A stretch of 28,352 nt of DNA, from positions 62,001 through 90,352 of the forward strand of contig JAXLQJ010000030.1 of the NCBI GenBank assembly GCA_046331705.1. Direction: 5' to 3'. The first letter of the stretch is position 1. Every line of letters starts with the position of its first letter. Position numbers and translations under genes: made by a program. Shown one piece after another: positions 1-11,438 of the stretch. The notes beneath the pieces are model-generated. The model was not told the origin of the DNA. It did no database searches and saw nothing but the letters and a program-made list of their open reading frames with translations. The stretch is from a bacterium (GTDB lineage Bacteria > JADJOY01).

Positions 1-123
1 TGCCTCGCCGCCACCACGGGCGTGGGTCGGGCGCGAGCGACGAGCTCACGAGCTTGCCGTCGCGCACGCTCACGCATGCTGCCGGCGCGCGCCGCTTGGG
101 CGACGCCACCGCGCCACTCGAGC

Positions 124-1080
124 TCAGCGAGATTGAAAGACCCCGATCGAGCGGAATTTCTGGTAGCGCGCCTCGACCAGATCCGGGATCGCCAGGCCAC
201 GGACCTGGTCGAGCGCCTGGGACAGGGTCTCGCCGACCAGACGCGCCGCCTCGTCGGGATCGCGGTGGGCGCCGCCCCGCGGCTCCTCGACGATGGCGTC
301 GATCACGCCGAGCGACAGCAGATCCGGGGCCGTCATCTTGAGCGCCGCGGCAGCGGTCTCGGCGCGCTGGCCGTCGTTCCACAGGATGCCGGCGCAGCCC
401 TCGGGGCTAATGACGCTGTAGACCGCGTGGCGGAGCATGAACACCCGGTCGCCGACCCCCAACGCCAGGGCGCCGCCGCTGCCACCCTCGCCGATCACCG
501 TGACGAGGATCGGAACCCCGAGATCGATCATCGTCTGGATGCTCACGGCGATCGCCTCGGCTTGCCCGCGCTCCTCCGCGCCGATGCCGGGATAGGCGCC
601 GGGCGTATCGACGAAGGTCATCACGGGAAGGTGGAATCGCTCGGCCAGCGCGAACAGACGCTGCGCCTTGCGGTACCCCTCGGGGTGCGGCATCCCGAAG
701 TTCCGCCGCACCTTCTCCCCCGTGCGACGCCCCTTCTGGTGTCCCACGACCACCACTGGCGTGCCCTGGAAGCGCGCCAGCCCGCTCAGGATCGCGGGAT
801 CGTCGCCGTAGCCGCGATCTCCGTGAAGCTCGATCCAGTCGTCGAAGAGGCGCTCGATGAAGTCGAGCGCCTGCGGGCGCGCCGGATGCCGGGCGAGCTG
901 CGTCACCTGCCAGGGGGTGAGCCCCTGGAAGATCTCCGCGCGCCGCTTGTCGAGCTTGCGCTCGAGCCGCTCGAGCTCGTCTCCGAGGCTGGCATTGCCG
1001 CCCGCCGCGAAGCGCTTGAGCTCCGAGATGCGCTTTTCGAGATCGTCGAGCTCGCGCTCGAATTCCAACACGTGGTCCAC
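124..1080 (-). CDS. accA: Acetyl-CoA carboxylase carboxyltransferase subunit alpha
   Basis: 318 aa; motifs LARHPARP, ELHGDR, GHQKGR, RNFGMPHPEGYRKA, DTPGAYPGIGAEERGQ, GEGGSGGALA, VISPEGCAGILW. Confidence 0.97.
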   Translation of the reverse strand: MDHVLEFERELDDLEKRISELKRFAAGGNASLGDELERLERKLDKRRAEIFQGLTPWQVTQLARHPARPQALDFIERLFDDWIELHGDRGYGDDPAILSGLARFQGTPVVVVGHQKGRRTGEKVRRNFGMPHPEGYRKAQRLFALAERFHLPVMTFVDTPGAYPGIGAEERGQAEAIAVSIQTMIDLGVPILVTVIGEGGSGGALALGVGDRVFMLRHAVYSVISPEGCAGILWNDGQRAETAAAALKMTAPDLLSLGVIDAIVEEPRGGAHRDPDEAARLVGETLSQALDQVRGLAIPDLVEARYQKFRSIGVFQSR

Positions 1081-1125
1081 GCTCGCCTCGCGCGTCGGGG
1101 CCGGCCCACTCGCCGCGCAGATTCG

Positions 1126-1134
1126 AGAATATCA
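1126..1134 (-). promoter_or_regulatory. Putative extended -10 promoter element for accA (TG-A-TATTCT)
   Basis: AT-rich TGATATTCT on the minus strand about 45 nt upstream of the accA start, in a GC-rich spacer. Confidence 0.45.
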
Positions 1135-1176
1135 CGACGCCGCCCGACGATCGGGACACCGCCGCGCCGCGCGCGC

Positions 1177-2583
<1,407 letters not shown>

Positions 2584-2637
2584 CGCCGAAGCTCCCTCGC
2601 TCGAAGCGCGTGCGCATGAACCCGCTGGCCTGGAAGT

Positions 2638-4239
2638 CTAGCTCGGCGGCGCCGGCAGCTCGATCACGAAGCGCGCGCCCTTCCCCTCCGGCCCCGCGCC
2701 CACGGAGATCCGGCCGCGGTGCGCCTCCACGATGCGGTGCACCACCGCGAGCCCGAGCCCCGAGCCCTTCGGCCGGGTCGTGAAGAACGGGTCGAAGATC
2801 CGGTCCACCACCTCGGGCGCCACACCCGGGCCGCTATCCGTCACCGCGATCGAGACACCGGAGGGGATGGCGCGCGCCGTGATGAGAAGCGTGCCGCCTC
2901 CGCCCGGCTTCATCGCCTGCACCGCGTTCAGCATCAGGTTCCAGAGCACCTGGCGAAGCTGCTCCAGATCGGCGAGCACGCGCAGCCCGGGCTCGATGTC
3001 CGTGACGATCTCGACGCCGCTCGCGTCCGGGTTGAGGCGCAGCAGATCGAGCGTCTCCTCGACCAGCACGCCGAGCCCCACGGGGCGAGCATCGGGCGGG
3101 CTGGGCCGCGCGAACTGCAGGAAGTTCGCGATCAGCCGGTCGAGACGATCCATCTCGCGGATCACGATGCCCATCAGCCGCTCGCTGGCCGCGTCCGGCG
3201 GCATGCCCTCGCGCAGCATCTGGATCGAGCCGCTCATGCTGCCGAGCGGGTTGCGGACCTCGTGCGCCAGTCCCGCAGCCAGCTCGCCGATCGCGGCGAG
3301 CCGGTCGGAGCGCCGGAGCTCGCGCTCCATCTCCTTCACGCGCGAGATGTCCTGGAAGGAGAGCACCAGGCCTACCTCGTCGCCGAAACCGTTGTGCAGA
3401 CTCGTGAGGCTGAGTCCCAGGTGCCGCGACTCGCCGCCGCCGGTGTGGATGACACCCTCCCAGCGATCGGCGACGCCGGTACCCGGCAGGCGGCCACCGG
3501 CGTCGATCTCCGGTACCACCTCGGCGAGCGACCGGCCGAAGACGTCGGCGAATCGCAATCCGGTGATGCGCTCCGCCGCCTGGTTGAACGACGTGATCCG
3601 GCCAGCGCGATCGACGGTCAGCAGCCCGGTGTTGAGGCTCTGCAAGATGTCGGAGGTCAGGGTCGCGAGCTCCGCGTAGTCGATCGTCTTCTCCTTGAGG
3701 ACGCGACCGGTCTCGCGGAGCTGACCCGAGAGGTAGTTCGTGAAATAGCCGACGGCGAAGAAGGCGACGCCGTAGATGACCGCCGAGTAGTAGACGTTGC
3801 CGGGCAGCGTCCCGCCGGGCCCCAGCAACGACGCGAACGGCTGGATCCAGTCGAGCTCCTGCAGCGTCAGCAGCCCGGTGTGGGTCAGGCTGCAGAGCGA
3901 GGCCGAGAGCAGCCAGCCGATGCGCTCGATCAGAACCGACGCGTAGATGACGCAGAAGCAATAGAAGAGGATGAAGACGTTGTTGACACCGCCGCCCGTG
4001 AGGTACACGACCGTCGTCGTGAACAGGATGTCCCAGAAGAGCTGGAAGTAGACGAAGCGGTCGAGCTGCTCGAGACGCCGCGCCGACACCACCGAGACGA
4101 CGGTGATGACGTAGGTGACCGCGATCAGAACGTAGAGCGAGAGCAGCGGCGGGCTCAGCAGCCCGGGCTGAGCACGAAGCTGGAACCAGGCCGAGAAGCC
4201 GAGCAGGAACGTGACGGTGAGCACCCGCGCCAACAGCAC
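2638..4239 (-). CDS. pilS: Membrane sensor histidine kinase PilS (about 6 TM, PAS, HisKA, HATPase); true start may lie upstream
   Basis: N-terminal hydrophobic helices, PAS-like FNQAAERITG, H-box LAHEVRNPL, N-box NLMLNAVQAM, FDPFFTT and GSGLGL; sits between pilC and pilR. Confidence 0.88.
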   Translation of the reverse strand: MLLARVLTVTFLLGFSAWFQLRAQPGLLSPPLLSLYVLIAVTYVITVVSVVSARRLEQLDRFVYFQLFWDILFTTTVVYLTGGGVNNVFILFYCFCVIYASVLIERIGWLLSASLCSLTHTGLLTLQELDWIQPFASLLGPGGTLPGNVYYSAVIYGVAFFAVGYFTNYLSGQLRETGRVLKEKTIDYAELATLTSDILQSLNTGLLTVDRAGRITSFNQAAERITGLRFADVFGRSLAEVVPEIDAGGRLPGTGVADRWEGVIHTGGGESRHLGLSLTSLHNGFGDEVGLVLSFQDISRVKEMERELRRSDRLAAIGELAAGLAHEVRNPLGSMSGSIQMLREGMPPDAASERLMGIVIREMDRLDRLIANFLQFARPSPPDARPVGLGVLVEETLDLLRLNPDASGVEIVTDIEPGLRVLADLEQLRQVLWNLMLNAVQAMKPGGGGTLLITARAIPSGVSIAVTDSGPGVAPEVVDRIFDPFFTTRPKGSGLGLAVVHRIVEAHRGRISVGAGPEGKGARFVIELPAPPS

Positions 4240-4421
4240 CCACAGGATGCGCCGGTAGCGGTCCTCGCCGCCGAAGATGGCTTCGTCTTGGCGGACTCCC
4301 GCGCCCCCGATCGAGAGCGAGGCCGCTGCCGAGCCGAGCTCGGGCTCGGCGTCGGTGGAATGCGAGACGGGCCGGCTCTGCGCCGGCCCGATGGGAAGCG
4401 AGGAGACGACTGCGGCCCCCG

Positions 4422-5648
4422 TCAGATCACGGTGGCGAGCTTGAAGATCGGCAGGTACATCGACACGATCAGGCCGCCGACCGTGATGCCCAGAAAGAGC
4501 ATCAACGCCGGTTCCAGCAGCGAGGTGAGGCCCTTCACCGCGGTGTCCACCTCGTCTTCGTAGAAGTCGGCGATCTTCTGCAGCATCGTGTCCATCGAGC
4601 CGGTGGCCTCGCCGACGGCGATCATCTGGACCACCATCGGCGGAAACGCCTTCGATTCCGCGAGCGGCTCGGCGATCGTCTTGCCTTCACTGATGCTGGA
4701 GCGCGTTTGCAGGATCGCGGTCTCGATGGTGCGGTTGCCGGAGGTCTTCGCGGTGATGGTGAGCGCCTCGAGGATCGGCACGCCGCTCGACACCATGGTT
4801 CCGAGCGTGCGCGTGAAGCGCGCGACGGCCGACTTGCGGATGATCGGCCCGACGAGCGGCGCCTTGAGCGCCAGGTTGTCCATCACCTTGCGGCCGTTCT
4901 CGGTGCGGTAGAGCTGCCGCAGCCCGAAGCCGAGAGCGATGAGGCCGAGGATGATCAGGAAGATGTAGTTCTGCACGAAGGTGCTGAGCGCGATCACGAT
5001 CTGCGTCGGCAGCGGCAGCGCGGCGTCGAAGCCTTCGAACATCTTCTGGAAGGTCGGGATCACGAAGATCAAGATGACGACGGTGACGATCGCCGCGACC
5101 GTGATGATCGCGGACGGGTAGATCAACGCGCCCTTGATCTGTCGCTTCAGCTTGATCGACTTCTCGAGGAAGATCGCCAAGCGGTTCAAGATCGTGTCCA
5201 AGATACCGCCGATCTCGCCCGCCTCGATCAAGCTGACGAAGAGCTCGTCGAAGCACTTCGGGTGCTTGCTCAGCGCCTCGGCGAACGTGCTGCCGCCTTC
5301 GACGTCGGCCTTCACCTCGAACAGGATCTTCTTGAACGTCGGGTTGTCCTGCTGCGAGGCGAGGATCTCGAGGCATTGCACCAGCGGCAGACCGGCGTCG
5401 ATCATCGTCGCGAACTGGCGCGCGAAGACCACCACGTCCTTGGGCTTCACGCCCGGCTGGAAGAGCGCGATGTTGACGCCGGCGCCCAGCTCGAGCGCGC
5501 CCCCGCCCTTCTTGCTCTCCTTGATCGTGGTCGGCGTGATGTTCTGCTTGCGAAGCTGAGCGGTCACCGCGGCGCGGCTGGGAGCCTCGATCGTCCCCTT
5601 CTTGACTTCGCCGGTGCGGGTCTTTCCTTCGTAGGTGAACTGAGGCAT
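4422..5648 (-). CDS. pilC: Type IV pilus inner-membrane platform protein PilC (GspF family)
   Basis: FARQFATMIDAGLPLVQCL, AGEIGGILD, ALIYP, MIAVGEATG, LLEP, MYLPIF; GGAGG RBS. Confidence 0.95.
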   Translation of the reverse strand: MPQFTYEGKTRTGEVKKGTIEAPSRAAVTAQLRKQNITPTTIKESKKGGGALELGAGVNIALFQPGVKPKDVVVFARQFATMIDAGLPLVQCLEILASQQDNPTFKKILFEVKADVEGGSTFAEALSKHPKCFDELFVSLIEAGEIGGILDTILNRLAIFLEKSIKLKRQIKGALIYPSAIITVAAIVTVVILIFVIPTFQKMFEGFDAALPLPTQIVIALSTFVQNYIFLIILGLIALGFGLRQLYRTENGRKVMDNLALKAPLVGPIIRKSAVARFTRTLGTMVSSGVPILEALTITAKTSGNRTIETAILQTRSSISEGKTIAEPLAESKAFPPMVVQMIAVGEATGSMDTMLQKIADFYEDEVDTAVKGLTSLLEPALMLFLGITVGGLIVSMYLPIFKLATVI

Positions 5649-5761
5649 CGGATCCTCCGGCCCGCCGGCTCAACGCCGCACGTGCCCGAAACCTTCGAGC
5701 CCGATCCGCGGCGCGACGCGGTCCCTGCACCGCGCGACACCGCCGATCCGAGGCTGGCCGC

Positions 5762-6886
5762 TCAATAAGCCGCTTGCGGTCTGGAGCCACTCTTTCCGCC
5801 CGCCGCGCGAGCCTGCTCCTGCTCTGCGGCGTGCAGCATGTTGATGAACTCTTCGATGTCGCCGGATCGCCCCATCGCTTCGTCGAGGGTGATCTGGCGC
5901 TTCATGTACGACGCGAGCAGCGACTGATTCATCGTCTGCATGCCGAACTTCGACTGACCCACCTGCATCTGCGAGTAGATCTGATGGACCTTCTCCTCGC
6001 GGATCAGGTTGCGGATGGCGGGGTTCGGGATCATCACCTCGATCGCGAGCGCGCGACCGACGCCGGTGGACTTCGGGATCAGCTGCTGGCTCAACACGCC
6101 CTCGAGCACGAACGAGAGCTGCGCGCGAACCTGCGGCTGCTGATAGGGCGGGAACACGTCCAGGATGCGGTTGATGGTCTGCACCGCGGAGTTGGTGTGC
6201 AGGGTCGCGAAGACGAGGTGGCCCGTCTCCGCCACCTGCAGCGCCGCCTCGATCGTCTCGAGGTCGCGCATCTCGCCGATCAGCACCACGTCCGGGTCCT
6301 GGCGCAGGATGTACTTGAGCGCCTTCTTGAAGCTCGCGGTGTCGGAGTGGACCTCGCGCTGATTGATGACGCAGTTCTTGTGCTGGTGGAGGTACTCGAT
6401 CGGGTCTTCGATGGTGACGATGTGCTCGTGCCGCTCGGTGTTGATCTTGTCGATGATCGCCGCGAGCGTCGTCGACTTCCCCGAGCCGGTCGGTCCCGTC
6501 ACCAACACCAGCCCACGCGGCTTCTTGGCCAGCTCGCGCACGATCGGCGGCAGGCCGAGTTCCTCGAAGCTGAAGATCTTGAAGGGGATCGTGCGGAACG
6601 CGCCGGCGACGGCGCCGCGCTGCATGAAGATGTTCGCGCGGAAGCGCGACAGCCCCTTCACGCCGAACGAGAGATCGAGCTCGTCCTCCTCCTCGAAGCG
6701 GTGTTTCTGTGCGTCGGTGAGGATCGAGTAGCAGAGCTGCTTGGTCTCTTTGCCGGTGAGCGGGGGCATCTGCAGCGGAACCAGCCGCCCGTCGATCCGC
6801 AGCTGCGGTGGGGTCCCGGTGGTGATGTGGAGGTCGGACGAGCCGCGCTCCACCATCACGCTCAGGAGCTGATGCATGTTCGCCAC
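5762..6886 (-). CDS. pilT: Type IV pilus retraction ATPase PilT
   Basis: SDLH, GPTGSGKSTT, TIEDPIE, LRQDPD, AETGHLVFATLHT, AIRNLIRE motif, GMQT; GTG start with GAGGAG RBS. Confidence 0.97.
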   Translation of the reverse strand: MANMHQLLSVMVERGSSDLHITTGTPPQLRIDGRLVPLQMPPLTGKETKQLCYSILTDAQKHRFEEEDELDLSFGVKGLSRFRANIFMQRGAVAGAFRTIPFKIFSFEELGLPPIVRELAKKPRGLVLVTGPTGSGKSTTLAAIIDKINTERHEHIVTIEDPIEYLHQHKNCVINQREVHSDTASFKKALKYILRQDPDVVLIGEMRDLETIEAALQVAETGHLVFATLHTNSAVQTINRILDVFPPYQQPQVRAQLSFVLEGVLSQQLIPKSTGVGRALAIEVMIPNPAIRNLIREEKVHQIYSQMQVGQSKFGMQTMNQSLLASYMKRQITLDEAMGRSGDIEEFINMLHAAEQEQARAAGGKSGSRPQAAY

Positions 6887-7079
6887 GACGTCTCCTCGTT
6901 CCTGGATCCAGGTGCTGGGGTTCCGCGATCAGAGCGTCACGTCGCTGCGGCGCCGAGCGTCAGGTTCCTGACCACCGATCCGACCGTTCTGGTGCGCGAT
7001 CCCCGACGAAGGCTCGAAATCCGCGATGTTGCGTGACTTTCGAGATCCCCGATCTCGTTCCGCTCGAATCGCTGAGCCG

Positions 7080-7094
7080 TCAATGCACGTTCCA
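7080..7094 (-). promoter_or_regulatory. Candidate sigma54 (-24/-12) promoter upstream of pilT
   Basis: Minus strand TGGAACG-TGCA-TTGA versus consensus TGGCACG-N4-TTGC; spacing correct but -12 is GA instead of GC. Confidence 0.35.
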
Positions 7095-7118
7095 GGCCAG
7101 GGCAAGGCGCGACGATGC

Positions 7119-8822
<1,704 letters not shown>

Positions 8823-8893
8823 GACCCCTGCTTCCAGTAAAACGCGGTGTTGAACGCCGTTTTTTCAGTATCTACCCATATTTAGCCGAAGCC

Positions 8894-8923
8894 AGGCTAC
8901 TGAACACGCGGGAGACCTGTCAA
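8894..8923 (-). promoter_or_regulatory. Putative sigma70 promoter of the pilB operon (TTGACA-N18-TAGCCT)
   Basis: Perfect -35 at 8918-8923 and TAxxxT -10 at 8894-8899 in an AT-rich spacer. Confidence 0.6.
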
Positions 8924-8939
8924 GCAAAACTTGGACCGC

Positions 8940-9656
8940 TCACCCGTTCGTCGTCGCGGCGACCGGTGGCGCGGGCGCCGCGGCGGCCCGTGCCTGCTCC
9001 TCGAGCCGGGCGATGAGGACCTGCTCGCCGCGACGCGCATTCTCGCGGACCAGCTCTTCGGCGCGCACCGGATCGCGTGCCTGGAAGGCCGCGACGATTT
9101 CCCGGTGCTGGTCCACGAGATCCTCCATGACGTCGGAGAGCGAGAGCAGGATCCGAAACCGCTGGCCCTGCATGACCAGCCCGTCCACGAGCTGCGCGAG
9201 CCGCTCGTTCCCCGCCGCCCGGACGAAGATCTCGTGGAAGCGGTTGTGGAACGCCAGCATCTGCGGGAGGTCGCCCTCCTGATGCGCTTCGAGCAAGCGG
9301 TCGTTGCACTCCTCCATCTCGGCGAGGTCGTCGGGCGCGATGCGCTCGCAGGCGCGGCGCGCGGCGTACCCTTCGAGAAGGCTCTTGATCTCGTAGAAGT
9401 CGCGGACGTCCTGGATGGTGATGGGCGCCACCACCGTGCCCTTGCGCGGCACGGTCGCGAGGAAGCCTTCGGTCTCGAGCTGCCGGAACGCCTCGCGAAT
9501 GGGGGTACGCGAGATCCCGAATCGCTCCGCGAGATCCGGCTCGGTGATGTGCTCGCCGGGCCGGAAGTCGCCGCGAATGATGCCGTCCCGGATGGTTCGA
9601 ACGATGACCTCGCGCAACGTGCGGTGGTTGTGGATTTCACCCTGCGACCGTTCCAC
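8940..9656 (-). CDS. GntR-family transcriptional regulator (FCD domain)
   Basis: wHTH PGEHITEPDLAERFGISRTPIREAFRQL, FCD motifs NRFHEIF..AAGN and QHREIVAA. Confidence 0.93.
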   Translation of the reverse strand: MERSQGEIHNHRTLREVIVRTIRDGIIRGDFRPGEHITEPDLAERFGISRTPIREAFRQLETEGFLATVPRKGTVVAPITIQDVRDFYEIKSLLEGYAARRACERIAPDDLAEMEECNDRLLEAHQEGDLPQMLAFHNRFHEIFVRAAGNERLAQLVDGLVMQGQRFRILLSLSDVMEDLVDQHREIVAAFQARDPVRAEELVRENARRGEQVLIARLEEQARAAAAPAPPVAATTNG

Positions 9657-9724
9657 GAGCCTCGATCTCCCTCGTCGCGTCGAGCGGGCCGCGCCACCTC
9701 GCGGTGCGCCATCCGACCGCGGCG

Positions 9725-9753
9725 ACCGTAGAACGCGCGCCCCGCCAAGTCAA
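9725..9753 (-). promoter_or_regulatory. Putative sigma70 promoter of gntR (TTGACT-N17-TACGGT)
   Basis: -35 at 9748-9753 overlapping the upstream gene's stop codon, -10 at 9725-9730. Confidence 0.5.
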
Positions 9754-11438
9754 CGCGCCACCGCCGTCGACGACCTCGCGAGCGGGCTGGCGGCGGGTGG
9801 AGCCGCCGCCGCGGACGGCACGCGCGCGAAGATCTCGAGGGTGTGCGCGTGGAAGTGGTTGTGGAAATAGGGATCGAGCGCGGCGTACGAATCCTCGTGC
9901 AGGAACGGAGTCGGCGCGAACCGCGCGACTCGCCGCCATCCGTCCCCGGACTCGAGCCGCTCGAGGAACGCACGCTGCGCGAAACGCGGCCGCTCGCCCC
10001 GACGCAGGGCGAGGGCGTACTCGCTGCTCACCACGATGTAGTCGGCCCAATCCGACGCGGCTTCCCACTCGGGCACCGACTGAATCGGCCGCACTTGGAA
10101 ACGATTGCCGTCGAGCGGGACGTTCGGGAAGAAGATCGCGACCGCGATGCGCGAGCCGGCGGGCGCCTGCGCCTCCAGCAAGCGAGCCGCCAGCGCGGCG
10201 GACTGCGGCTCGAGCTTGCGCACCAGCGTCGCGCTCGTCACCGCGGCGTACGCGGCCGTGATCAGGCCGATCGCCATCGCCGCGCGACGCAGCGTCGGAC
10301 GCGCGGCCGCCGTCCATCGCGCGAGCTCGGCCGCGCCCAGGATCACCAGCCCGAGCGTCACGGGCAGCGCGTAACGCGGAAACGACACGGTCGAGGTTCC
10401 CACCACCGCGCACCACGGCACGAGATAGCCCCACAGGACGAGTCGCGACGGACGATCGCCGCGACGCGCCGCCGCCACGCTCGACCCGAGCCCCCAGCCG
10501 TAGAGCGGCCACGACATGCAGAGCGGCCATTGCGCAGCGAGCTGGTAGACCAGCGGCACGAAGACCCAACCCTCCACGAACAGGTCGTAGCCGGGATGCA
10601 GGCCGCGCATGTGGCCGGCTTCGCTGCCGATCCCAGCGCGAAACTCGCGATACGCGAGCAACACGTACGGTGACGTCGCGAGGAACGCGACGATGCTCGC
10701 CACTCCCGCGCTCACCAGGTCGACCCAGCGCCCGCGGCGCGGTGCCAGCAGGTAGGCCACCGAAACGGTCACGCACAGGATCGCGCCGGGGTACTTCGCG
10801 GACGCAGCCAACCCCGCGGCGCATCCCGCCATCCAGAGATCCCGCCGCGCACCGCTCTCGAGGTAACGGAAGCAGGCCCCCAGCGCGAGCACGCAGAAGA
10901 GCCCCATCGGCACGTCGACGTTGACGTAGTGCGCGATCGCGACGTGAATCGGCAGGACGGCGCAGGCGAACGCCGCCACCAGCGCGGCGCGCACCCCGAA
11001 GCCGCGGCGCACGACGAGGAACAGTGCGAGAACGGTGACGACCGCTTCCAGCGCGGTGAGCCCGCGACCGATCCAGGTGAGCAGCGTCTGGTCGCGCAGA
11101 AACGCCGCGTAGCTCGGCACCACGCCGAGCATGCGCAACGGCGGAAACGCCACCAGGTACGCGAGTGCCACGGCGTAGTACGAGAGCGTCGGCTTCAGGA
11201 AGAAGTGCGGATTCGGATCCGGGTGGGGAAACGCGATGAAGCTGGCGGCCCGCGCCGGCACCGAGAACTCGTCCGGCTGCATCACGTCGGGTAGACCGAA
11301 GCCGAGATTCCAGCAGCGCAGCCACACCGCTGCCAGCAGCGCGCCCCCGAGCCAGATCCAGGTGCTGCCCGCGAGCATCCGCGCACGAGCGTCGAGCGTG
11401 GCGCGATGCTGCCCGCGCAGGGGTCCGACGGTGCTCAT
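9750..11438 (-). CDS. GT-C fold membrane glycosyltransferase (ArnT/PMT-like), 562 aa
   Basis: ATG at 11438 overlaps the upstream stop (ATGA); LRCWNLGFGLP..QPDE acidic motif after the first TM, NVDVP, ASAKY, many TM helices, soluble C-terminal domain. The ORF-track start at 12362 is an extension over the upstream gene. Confidence 0.75.
   Translation of the reverse strand: MSTVGPLRGQHRATLDARARMLAGSTWIWLGGALLAAVWLRCWNLGFGLPDVMQPDEFSVPARAASFIAFPHPDPNPHFFLKPTLSYYAVALAYLVAFPPLRMLGVVPSYAAFLRDQTLLTWIGRGLTALEAVVTVLALFLVVRRGFGVRAALVAAFACAVLPIHVAIAHYVNVDVPMGLFCVLALGACFRYLESGARRDLWMAGCAAGLAASAKYPGAILCVTVSVAYLLAPRRGRWVDLVSAGVASIVAFLATSPYVLLAYREFRAGIGSEAGHMRGLHPGYDLFVEGWVFVPLVYQLAAQWPLCMSWPLYGWGLGSSVAAARRGDRPSRLVLWGYLVPWCAVVGTSTVSFPRYALPVTLGLVILGAAELARWTAAARPTLRRAAMAIGLITAAYAAVTSATLVRKLEPQSAALAARLLEAQAPAGSRIAVAIFFPNVPLDGNRFQVRPIQSVPEWEAASDWADYIVVSSEYALALRRGERPRFAQRAFLERLESGDGWRRVARFAPTPFLHEDSYAALDPYFHNHFHAHTLEIFARVPSAAAAPPAASPLARSSTAVAR

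Noticed and set aside
1..77. Possible gene start (ATG at 77, minus strand) downstream of accA
   Set aside because: Only 25 codons are visible and no motif is recognisable
7020..7062. GAAA..ACGCAA resembling a c-di-GMP-I (GEMM) riboswitch upstream of pilT
   Set aside because: No stem closes the GAAA loop, and the GCAAAC element is absent
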